Assembly: GCF_000150275.1 (NCBI RefSeq) | Contig: NW_002060945.1 | Location: 9,502,011 to 9,566,010, forward strand | Reading direction: 5' to 3' | From: Trichoplax adhaerens | Lineage: Eukaryota > Animalia > Placozoa | DNA: 64,000 nucleotides | Shown here: positions 12,001-23,200 of the stretch, in pieces | Numbering within the stretch: the stretch's first letter is position 1 | Layout: each line of letters starts with the position of its first letter | Made by a program: the position numbers and the translations under genes | Notes under the pieces: generated by a model | The model's input: only the letters and a program-made list of their open reading frames with translations | Told to the model about the DNA's origin: nothing | Database searches by the model: none

Positions 12001-15000
12001 GTAGTGCAAATTTGTTCACTAGCTACCGAAGGCTTGGCAACGTTTCGACCACTTTTATATCACAGTTGTTACCAAATGAATTTTATGACATCCAAATACA
12101 AGCTTATAATAGAGATGGAGTTAGTGCAACCATTGCTACTATCAAAGCCTGTACCTGTATAACAGGTACGTTAATAATAATAAAGAAAATAGTCATCGAT
12201 TTATTAGATTATAGATTGATCATGGAGGCATGAGCTATGCAGAGATCCCATTGCAATACTGCAGCAAATTTTTCGTATGACTTCAGCACTGATATTGCTA
12301 AAAATTCCTACCATTTTGTGACGAGCGATATAGCTATACATGACATAGGAAAGTGAGCTTTTTCTCAGTTGCCTACCTTAATTGTGTAATATATTGCTTA
12401 AAATATTTTCAGTTTCTGTCTATAACGTTGCAGCATATATCATAACTTTGGCAATTACCTTCAGTAATCATTTAATAGTGGAGTAGATGCCGATTTAATA
12501 ATTAATAAATTGCTTAATATCTGCCATTACGTAAGTAGTCAATCAGCACATGATGAAAAGAAAAAGTCAATTTCGAGATTGTTTTCATTAATCATTAACA
12601 TTTTCCTAAAGTATTCTGTAAATAAGATTGGATCAGATATTGAAGAGTTCACTAACTAGACTAATAAGTTAAGATTTTATTTATAGTGTCTTTAATACAA
12701 TATTAGATAATCTAATGCGTATCTTTATATATATATATGTTGTCGCTTATAGCTCCTTCTCAAGGTCCGACCAATGTTACTTCTGTGGTTATCTCCGATG
12801 CAGTAAGAATATCATGGAATGAAATTCCTGCGCATCATACCGGCGGAAATTTAAAAGGATACAAGGTAATTTTATACAGCATCTAGTTTATTTTTTTCAG
12901 ATAAATAAATCTTATAATAAAGTAAACACAGTATAATATTCGTTTATGGAATGAATCTATTGAAGTCAGCGATTATAAATCATGAAGTAATTTGTAATAA
13001 ATTAATGGATATTGTCGTGAAAGTAAACAATTTCGCATCTGAGTCAATTTTACTTCTAATTACTTTTCCGCTTTACTTTAACACCTTATAATGTACAATA
13101 GATTCGATTTCGAAGTGATACTACACCACCTAGAACATATAATGGAGATGTCGGCCTGGTGACTAAATATGATCTGCGAGGCCTTGCAATCAATGTCAGA
13201 TATTTTCTTACGGTTAGAGGTTATAATGATGCAGGAGATAGCCAACCATCAACACAGATCCTTTTTACCGCAGGAAGCAAGAGTAACTATCATTCAATGC
13301 ATAGAATAGATCCTATTCTAATACCTCTACAATTCAACTAATCTCTTCATTTTAATGACGATTTCAGGCACCATATATACTCCAACAGGATTACGACCAG
13401 TTTCTGTTAATCATAATAATGCTACAGTTCAATGGGTCATTCAAGGATCACCAGCATCATTTATCTTACAATATCGAAGTAAGTACACGAACTAAATTTA
13501 GGATTGAAGAATATCAGAATAAAATTGCCTTGACAGTATTGCTTCCATTTATTGAAACAAATTTGTAACGTTCTTATTGATAGGCTCAAGTCAATCGGCT
13601 TGGAGCAATTCAACTACAATCAGTGGATCAAGTCGTGATGGAATTTATACCAACTTGAAAGCAAAAACCCAATATGATCTTCGCGTTGTTGCACATTACT
13701 TTACGTTAGCCATAAGTCCGAGCTCTTCCATCGCTATTTCCACTAGCGGTAACTGTGATAATCATAAATCAATTTTTTCGTGTAGATGAAGTAGTAATAA
13801 GTGTTAGTAGTGATTTAAGAATTGACTGAACTAAATTTGCCCATGAAATGTTTGATTCTTAAAATTAATAGATGCACCGGTTGGTGAGCAAAGACCTTTT
13901 TACCAGCAAGTCTGGTTTATCATCTTAGTGGCAATTTCAGGAATTGTTTTGGTCCTTATCATTATCTGTTCGTTGGTTATGAAGAGTCGCAAATCGGAAA
14001 GACATTCAGGTACCTTTCTGTGTATATGGTACTATCTATTACTTATTTTAAGAGGATGATATCATTCTGCGGTATATGACCTAGTTTCTATAAGGCTTAG
14101 CGTATATACAATGGAACATTAGAGTTGAAACTTTTGACACTATCTACTTTAGTTCATATTTAAGTTATTCTTAAATAAAGTATCATTATGCAATATAAGT
14201 ATATGTCCTAATTTCTATTATTTTTATTATGATTAGAGACTATACAATTAAATTTTAGAGTTGAAATTTTTTAGCAGTATCTACTTTAGCTAAAATTTAA
14301 GTTATTCTTCAATAAAGAAGATATCAATATACGATATCTTTGTATATACCTTAATTTCTGTTATGTTTAGAGAGTATGCAATCGAATTTTAGAGTTTAAA
14401 TTTTTGACAATATCCACTTAAGGCAAAATTTAAGCTCTTAAATAAATTAATTTTTATTACTGTACGCATAATTAGTATTATTAATGCGTAAACTTGCCGA
14501 TCTTGTAGTAATTATGAGCTCAGAAAAGGCTAAACTTATAAAGTGTACATTAATAATATCCGATTTATGGCTATTGAAACCAATTAATGGATATCTTGAC
14601 TGTATAACAGTGATACGGATTTAATCATTGCATTCACTTATTGGAATATTTTTTGCTAAGATCAAATGTTTTTTTTACCTATAGGTGTTAGCCATGTCAA
14701 TTCACTTAAGGATAGGTAAGAATTAGCTATTATTAATTTTAAATTGAAGACTGGACTATATACAATTCAATGCTCGATTTATAAGTGTTTTATGCGTAAA
14801 CTTCAAGTTAATTCTACCCAATCGATATAATTAATACTTTGAAATGATTTCATACTTTATCCTTTTTTTGAAAAGATTTAATAATGAATTGCTTGCATAA
14901 TTGACAATCCACAGAGTGCCTCCGCGTCCACCGTCACCAAAAGATGAAAATAATGAGATAGAAGATGCTAAACGACCGCCATTACCTCAGGAAGCGCCAG

Positions 15001-15215
15001 TAATTCATGAGTATAAAGAGCTTGAACATATTGATGATGGAAGTAGTCATGACAGTCTAGATCAATATGGCAGTGAACATGTCACTGGTTGTTTTGATGA
15101 GGATGGCTCTTTTATTGACCAGTATGGCACAACTCAAAGTAAATATAGTGGAAGCCAACATGTCTTGCATCGATCAGCATCCGTTGGTAGCTCAGCTTTT
15201 TCTACCCTTGTTTAA
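3080..15215 (+). CDS. L1CAM/neuroglian-family cell adhesion molecule (signal peptide, 6 Ig, 4 FN3, TM, cytoplasmic ankyrin-binding-like tail)
   Basis: Phase-consistent GT-AG exons: 3080-3149 (signal MALWILGIYLLG...), 3723-4031 (Ig1), 5417-5731 (Ig2), 5948-5968 (micro-exon), 7450-7540 + 8585-8793 (Ig3), 9075-9350 (Ig4), 10180-10464 (Ig5), 10642-10947 (Ig6), 11325-11630 (FN3-1), 11769-11845 + 11940-12165 (FN3-2), 12753-12865 + 13102-13282 (FN3-3), 13368-13478 + 13584-13748 (FN3-4), 13872-14009 (TM FYQQVWFIILVAISGIVLVLIIIC), 14685-14715, 14915-15215. The tail DSLDQYG...FDEDGSFIDQY matches the L1-family DSLxDYG...FNEDGSFIGQY signature. Confidence 0.9.
7915..8500. repeat. Intronic degenerate duplication (about 210 bp unit, with shorter internal sub-repeats)
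   Basis: tctaattttaaacaaccgga occurs at about 8140 and 8354. The flanks align (aaattctatc, ccgttg, gatttta...acttgac...aaaatgat). Related fragments lie at 7915-8065. Confidence 0.75.
14100..14450. repeat. Intronic tandem repeat, 3 units of about 135 bp
   Basis: ttagagttgaaa.tttt...tatctactttag...atttaagttattctt.aataaa recurs at about 14119, 14255 and 14389. Confidence 0.8.
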
Positions 15216-17270
15216 AGCTATAGGAGTTGGAAAACTTCCACCTCAGATCTGAGTAAATAAACATAACCAACCACTCTTTCTACTTGGCTCCGGCCCTCAC
15301 TCATTACACTGCAAAATTTTATTTACAATTGCTAACCTCAATATTACTATTAACATGATGAAATTTTCACATTTTCAATAGCAGTCTGCTTAGCTTTAAT
15401 GCATTTCTTAGATATAAAACCTGTATTTAATTTATTGGCCACACTAATGAACTTGTTCCTTCAAAATGATGTTGTACAATTTTGATATGCCTACTAAAAT
15501 GACGTTGATAATTTTTAATAACAAATTTAGTATCAGTTCTATTATAGTTGAAATGCATGTATGATTACGTTTAATTTTTATCCGATATACATTCCGATTG
15601 CATATAATCATTCATGATACCATTACATGAATACGTTTAACAGTAAAATAAATATAACCATATTCTAATATTATAATAATCAAATATTTTAAAATTAATT
15701 TGCAAATATCAACTATTCTATTGGCTGTTCTGTCACGATAATTTTGTTGCAAATTGGTGCCATCATAATCGATCGATAAATATGTTTTTTCATTTGTATA
15801 AGTTTGTGGCTGATAGATCGCGACAGTGTTAAATCAGCCCAGAATAGCCGTTTTGAGTAGGTTTGGTTTAATATACTACGAATCCATTGATTATAATGTA
15901 GTACTACTAAGCAGATAGAATTATCTCTAATGGCAGCGTTCAGTACCTAAATGTAGCTACAGAGTTTGAAGATTACTGATGACAAAACAATACACTTCGT
16001 TGTGTAAATGCACTGAATTGGAATAAAATTGATACATTTCCCAAAATTTGGCTAACTAATGAAGAGGATATAGTGAATTGTGTGAAAGTTGTTTTATAGT
16101 AATTTTCAGATACGATATTGTATGTAATTGTTGTCACCTAAAGATCTTTTCTAGTATCGTAATAACTGAAGTCAAACAGTATGTTGATTCATTAGTTTTG
16201 ATATGACATGATAATCCTACTGTAAATGTCTAGTTCATCCATTACTTACTAATTTTATAAGAGCAAGTATTTGTTGGACAATTAATGTAATTTTAGTCGA
16301 TCTATTGCGCTAAAAATACTTAGCATACACTTGTACTGGCTAATTCTTGATAGCCTATTTAACTAAAAAGAATAAAATAGAAGCCTATGCAATAGACTAT
16401 AAATAATTGCCTTACAAGAGCAATTAATTCCTAGACAAATTCATCTGTATCAGGTCGCAATTTCTTAAGTTGCTTACTATGATCCCTGATGGTTGTAATG
16501 TATGAAGCTTCGTATAACTATACCAATCAATTATCGATAGAGCTCGCTGTGTAGTTCAACATTACCGGTAGAATAGACCTTGGAACCATTAACTACACAG
16601 CAGTAAATTATTCATCTGTCTAGATAAGTTGTTTAGAAAACAATGAATTGCGGAGAGTTGAAATTGATACTGTAGTTTAGATCAAGTGTTAAATTACTGA
16701 TGTCCAGTCAGGATGATTTAGCATCATTTTCGGCTATACACGTATGTATACATACAGTAGATGAGTATTAAATAGAAGAATCAATAGTGTTACCTACACA
16801 TTTCAAAGATCTCAATCTAAGATAGACAGTTTATAAGACAGTTAGGACAGTTTGATCTAAAGCAATACAATTTTATATTTATTAATATTCCATAGTAAAG
16901 ATATTTTATCGAATATTTTGGTACAGCAGTTTCTATGCACTTAATATCATGCGTAAAAGGTTCCAATTAATACGAGCACTGTACAAGTTGGACGAAATTC
17001 ACTTGGCTTGTACTGAAATTTTCATCACAAAAACAGTGGTGTTGAGAATAGTAAAGATGGTTCATCTCCTACATTCCATACATCACGACAAGGGTAAAAT
17101 GATGAAGAATAATTTTGATTACTGGCGGCGTAGGTGCATATCGATTATTCATTTAGCAATATACGATGAAATAGGTTATTCAGTATAAAGACGGTGGAGT
17201 AATCCCAATTGATTACATTGATCATGTTAGGCCAGGTTCGTGTCTCATTGAGCCAGTAAGTAATTTCGTC

Positions 17271-17795
17271 TTATCCCCATAAAATACTGTAAAAAGATCA
17301 TCAGATAAGTTACATTAGTTGATTCATTTAATAATGGGCATACTGTCTTCATGTGTATGTATAGTAACATTTTTATGCAGGTGCAGCATCCAAAACGTTA
17401 GCACTCTGCTGTGTCCATGTACTGGATATTAAGCATTTTCTCAACATACATCAACGTATACTACAATCCAACCGATTCTAAATCTATGTCACTACGATAG
17501 CACGGCACTACTATGGTACAGTTACCACTACAAACAGATTAATCTATTGCAAACCTTAATAAACCAAATTCCGGGGTTTGCGGATCCGGTCCTTGCTTAA
17601 AACCTACATAGGCAGTCATGTGAAAGGAAGCATTTTGAAGTAGCGATCAAGATCTGCTGAAGTCATTCAACGGACATGATTGTTGTCCTTACCTAAGTAG
17701 ACTATAACAGGTATAAATCCCCATTGGAAGAGCGTCTGCCCGGTGGAGATAACTCTTCGAATTCGTTTTTTGGTATCTTCATTCATTTTCACCAT
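17271..17795 (-). CDS. TOMM7: Mitochondrial import receptor subunit TOM7 (55 aa)
   Basis: Exons 17795-17693, 17603-17555 and 17286-17271 splice in frame to MVKMNEDTKKRIRRVISTGQTLFQWGFIPVIVYLGFKQGPDPQTPEFGLLSILWG*. This has the Tom7 hallmarks WGFIP..YLGF..G.DP and terminal LWG. Confidence 0.95.
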
Positions 17796-17827
17796 GTTGC
17801 TAGAGCTGGATCCTCCCGATGTTCAGT

Positions 17828-17970
17828 AAAAATGGCCAAAATGGCGAGCTCGTAGTCAATGATGAGCTATTTGCTACAGTCATAGTACTGTCAACGTACT
17901 GTAGTACTGTACTGTACTGTACTGTAGTACTGTACTGTACAGTGTACAGTGTACACTGCAGTCCACGTGA
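17828..17970. promoter_or_regulatory. Candidate TOMM7 promoter: tandem YY1-like sites, TACTG tract and E-box
   Basis: aaaaatggcc/caaaatggcg at 17828-17846; (TACTG)n-type tract at 17884-17960; CCACGTGA at 17963-17970. All lie within 200 bp of the TOMM7 ATG. Confidence 0.5.
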
Positions 17971-19059
17971 TTGCTGGTGGATGCGCAATGAAGTCTTTTG
18001 GCAGCAACAAGCATGTCACAGTGACATTCTTTTTGCTAGCCATTTGAGGTGTGAGTAAAACTGTGGAGGCTCGGCTAGTTATTACTATCAGAATGCGACT
18101 GATGACTGAACATATACGTAGAGTATCTAACAAAAATAATGTCACCATTACCTAACTAGATATCATTTTGAAATACTGTATGGACAGAAACACTACCGAA
18201 ATGGCAACACACAGTTTTGGACAACCGGATAGTGTCGGCCTTTAGTTAATTCTTAAGGGGTATAAAAAAAGAAGAAGTTATTAACGAATCTACACCACTG
18301 AATCTAAATATTGTATACAGGAGTATTCTGTTGAGATAGTTAAGAATAGTAAGTAAAAGTAGGAATCATTCTATAGATTAGATACAAATTGTACTGTCGA
18401 TACAGCCGTTTGGGTAATGTAACTGTCGAGATGAGAAATGAACGAAACTACTGGAATAGTGCACTCAGTACTGAGTTAGTAGAGTAAATGACGAGCTATT
18501 TAGCCTATTTTGACCATTACTACTAATAATCTTTGACACCCCGTCGACCGGTCTGCTATGCACTAGACTATCCTTAGTATATCATGGCACAATAAAGTGG
18601 ATAAGGTGGCACTCAAGTTGCCTGTTTATGATTTGACTTAAAGTCTTCGTTGCCGTAAAAGTAAAATAGGAAACATCTGACTCCAATATCATCGGCCAGT
18701 ATACCATATTTTCTACTCTTCACAGACTTAGGGCATAGTACAGTATATCAGACAAGTTGTGCCGTATCGTGCCTAGAGTCTTACATCAGCTGCTCTACTG
18801 CATGGAACCTTTCATGATTGAAATGAACTCCTACTGGACTGTATTTTACAAGGGCATTAACTATAGACATCGATGGGGGAAAAGAGCATTTCACTCTTTT
18901 AATAGACAATATTGAAGATTGCTACTTGTGTTATAGCACGAAATGGATGTCATGAACCTGATTCTTGACTGAAAATAGACTTTTAACCGAGAACTCCTAT
19001 GATATTTACTAGTATTGAGAAGAGCTGCAGTAGAACACCTACTGTGCATATCCGTCCTT

Positions 19060-19087
19060 GTTGCTATGACAACGATTGCACGGAAAC
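19060..19087. promoter_or_regulatory. RFX X-box (near-perfect palindrome) plus adjacent degenerate X-box upstream of ANKAR
   Basis: GTTGCTATGACAAC at 19060-19073 fits the X-box consensus GTNRCC/YY-N0-3-RRNAAC. It is followed by ATTGCACGGAAAC. A further match, GTTATCATAGGCAAC, lies at 20000-20014. Confidence 0.6.
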
Positions 19088-20247
19088 AATTTCGATTAAT
19101 TAACGGCCAACAGACTATTCTTGGTAATATTATTACCTACCCCCAAAGCTGATAGCGACTACTTTGAGATAGTCAATGAAGCTTAAAGTGAACAAATAGT
19201 AGCCAAAGATCCTTATATTTATACTGTACATATACGCGTATATTATCTGGATATCGGACTGATTTAGAATCGTGTTTGGTGACGATTGAAAATAGAGTGG
19301 GTTACCGCATACAGTAGAGTGAACACAACGTGAACTTGGAGTTGTGGCGTAACATTAATATTTCCAATATTTATTAGCTATACCAGTCACTAAAGATGAC
19401 CAAATTACCTTTTTTGATCAAGAGGAGCAGTTGATTTAAGTAAGTGTGGACATTAAATGGATAGCCTACCTGGAATTAGGGTATATCATTCATTTGGCCA
19501 AATGGACTAGTTACTTGCCCTTAATAATTTCAATTCGTTCTGTTACCCTAGGGTACAAGCATACTTAAAGTTGCTTCAGCTTTATAATGATGAAGTGAGA
19601 ACCGATTAATTTGGGGATAGAATTGGTTCTTTTGTGGCTATGGCTATTTAAATTTCATCTTTAAAGAGTAGGTAGTTTACATATAAATGGCGGTTGTATT
19701 ACTTAATGACAGATTAAACACTTTCCGAATGATCAGCATTATTTTCGCCAAGGCTAATTTATCTGTAGTTCTACTTTCAAATCATTTTACTCTTATCTTT
19801 GTCACTGACAATATTGCTATCATTACTTTAACGATCAGTGTTATGATATGCCCTATTCTATTTACTCGTATTGTACTGTAGCTACGATACGATCGTAGAT
19901 ATAGAATATTCTTTCTCCTTTTCATTTTTGTTCCACATTAGGCAGGATACATTTGAGAAGGGAAAGAATCTAATTTGTATAGTATACAGAGTAGTTAACG
20001 TTATCATAGGCAACAGTGTATAAATCACTTGATGTTGACAATCTTTACATATTTTTCCATTTTTCGATTTATAGGATAATATTACTGTATTAAGAAATTA
20101 AAAAGTTTTCAGACCGCAACACTTGTCTAGTATAAAGTCACTCATAAGGATATCCTTTCCGCTAATAAGTTAATCGAAATATTGAGAAAAAGTTAAGCTA
20201 TCACTAGTAGCCAGTTATTGGAAGTTAAATTGATCAAGACTATAATC

Positions 20248-23200
20248 ATGTCACAATTGCAGACTATGGCTATTTCGCCGTCTGCTAGCATGTCAAGCTT
20301 GATACAACCAAAAACAGACGCATCGCGACATGGAAAAACGAGTGTTGGTAATATGCCTCGACTAAAACGTGACGAGTCAATTAGTAGTACTTTATCTGCA
20401 TCACGCCAAGCCGCTGCATTTTTTGATCGTTACAGTCGATATGAATGCCAAGAAGTATTGACTTCAATGATAACCGATAGCTTACTTTCACCAGAAGATA
20501 ATATGAATGGAGGAGTTGTTGGATCCCCATATGGGGTGATTAGCCATTTAAGTGGATGTCAAAAATGCTGTTTAATTGCATTGCCGGTCGAATCTACTTC
20601 TAGCCAATACGACTTACGCGAGTTGCATCAAATTATTCGCGAATTAGTTACTGGAATATTTGTATTTAACCAAATTCCTTCTATCTATTTAGAAGCCAAT
20701 TATGACCAAAATACACTATGTTCATTACCGCCAGCTTATTTAGACACACGCGTTGGTCAAGTCTTAATTAATATTGATTATGCGCTTAAATGTTTATGGC
20801 ATGGTACCTATTTTCCTCGTGATAAACGCTTAAAATTTGCTGAAAAATGGCGACAAGCTTTAAATATTAATGTAGCGTCAGGCAAATCGGAAGGCCGACG
20901 TCAAACTGCTATGGCATTTACTGAATCAGGAGTCGTCGATTTGTCAAAGGAAGGCGATTATGTTGAAGCCATACGGATTGAAAATGAACGGTTAGAACGT
21001 TTAGCTGCTAAAGAGACAGATGATGACTGTGATATTCGCAAGCTTACTATGCTACATGTGGATGAATTATTTCTACGCCTTATAGCCAAGCAACAAACTA
21101 TGCAGTGCTACAATAATATGTTGGTAGTGGATGGTTTGAATGATGTTGTCGGTTGTATTAGACATATTGATCAGAGAATGACTAATGATGAATACCGTCG
21201 CATTCTACAACGATTTCGTGATGAATGTGCATTTCTACAAAATAATTTATCGCAACGATCAGATTTACGGCATCAATTAGCTCTGTTAAAATTTATTTCG
21301 CTAATGGTACCGCTATTAATTGCATTGAAAAAGCGTGGACGAATTCCAGATGTTAATCGACTGATTAAAAATGCTTATTTTACGGAACAACTAAAAACGG
21401 AACGCGATTTGCCACCACTAATTCAATTAGAAAATAATCATCGTTTTTTTCGATTTGATCAAGATGACTTCTTCCATTTACATGGTAGTATTTTAATTGA
21501 AGTCGAAACACCAACAACGAGTAAGGTTCAGAATACCGCATTAATAACATCATTTGATGAAATGATGAGGAAAGCATTATCTCACGCTAACGATGCATTA
21601 GAATCAGAATCCTATAGTGAAAGTTGTTATATGCCTGTTCATGAAATAGGTGGACAATCATACTGTTTTTTAGCTATAGAACTAGAGCCATCCCATTTGA
21701 ACCAAGTTTCACAACGAGTACCTCCATGGATGTCGGCATTACAAGATGAAGTTGGTAAATTACGACCTAGGAGAATACCAATGACCGATCAACAAGTTAG
21801 TGAACAGTTAAGGAAGCAATTTGGTAATAAAATTGCGTCCAAGTTGAAGTATCTACCTTTGGCGTTACGAGCATGTAGTCAATACGGATTTCCAGCTATT
21901 TTCCAATCGGTATCACGACGTTGTCCTGCGTCTCATATTATGAAATTGGACGATAATGGGCTTTCACCAATTCATCATGCTGCTATTCGTGACAAGCCAA
22001 ATATTATCTCTATCATTTTGGCACATGGTGAGTAATAAAAGTAACATATTACGTAAAACCCTAATAAAAAATTTGATACTGTTTAATATCGTACGAGTAT
22101 CATTTGTTCAATTTTGATGATATACGCAGTATTGCAGTTGAAACGAAATTTTAGTAATTTTCTTATCCCTTCAGCAGTATCCTTCTATAAATGAAACTGT
22201 AGTGCATTATCGTTTTATTCATTGAAAGTAGTTTATTCACAACATATTACGATATATTTACTTCTATTAATCCGAGTCAGTATCTAAAAAGCCAATACTT
22301 TCACAGTCATACATATACTGTAGATCCAAATAATGACATGCTGGAATAAAGTTCTACATTCAATTTCACTTTAACAATTAGAATGAGTAAAATTAATTTT
22401 GATTTGTATATCACAAATTTATTCTTCTAACTTAGGCGTAAAATAATGTTATAAAACAATATTCAATTTCTATGTATCTAACTTTAACTATTTATTAAAT
22501 TAAAATTATCTGATAGGCATTAGCATTAACTTAAGGCGGAGTTTTAACACGGTGGCATTTGGAGGAACTCCTTTACATTTAGCGGCGCGTTGTGGTAGTA
22601 TTTTAAGCCTTGATTGCTTACTATCTAAACAAGCAGATCCTTATCTTACTGATAGTCGCGGTTGGGCCGCTATCCATCATGCTACATATAGTAACCAAGC
22701 TGATATGACTAAGCATTTACTGCATCGTTATCAAGACCTATTAAATAAACGAACAAACTGTGATCGCAAGTTAACACCCGTTCTAGTAGCAACACTAAGC
22801 GGTGCCTTGGATTCTATTATTTGCTTACGTTCTCTAGGTTGTAATATGCTAGTCAAGGATGCCAATAGGTGTTGTATCGTCCATACAGCCATCATTTGCC
22901 GAAATCCTAATGTCCTTGAATACTTAATTGATTATCCATATCATAACTTACACGTTTGGGAAGTCATTGTAGATATGATTAAAAGTGATGATTTAGAAAA
23001 AATGGAATCAACAGCGGCAATGATGGTCTTTTTGAGTACATCGCATCAGGATAATTGGCGACAAATATTAGATCATGGTGGTGTCGAAGCATTAGTCAAA
23101 ATATTAGCTATTGAAGGCGATGATGAAAAACCGAAAGAAGATAGAGAGAGTTTAGATGATTTTTTATTAGATGAGGATGAAATAGAACAGAAGTTGCGAT

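Noticed and set aside
17800-18148. Overlapping short ORFs rich in Y/C/T/V/Q/S (also 29280-29612, 50002-50214, 50829-51071)
   Set aside because: These are translation artefacts of TACTG/CAGTA tracts, which lack stop codons in several frames. They have no domain features.
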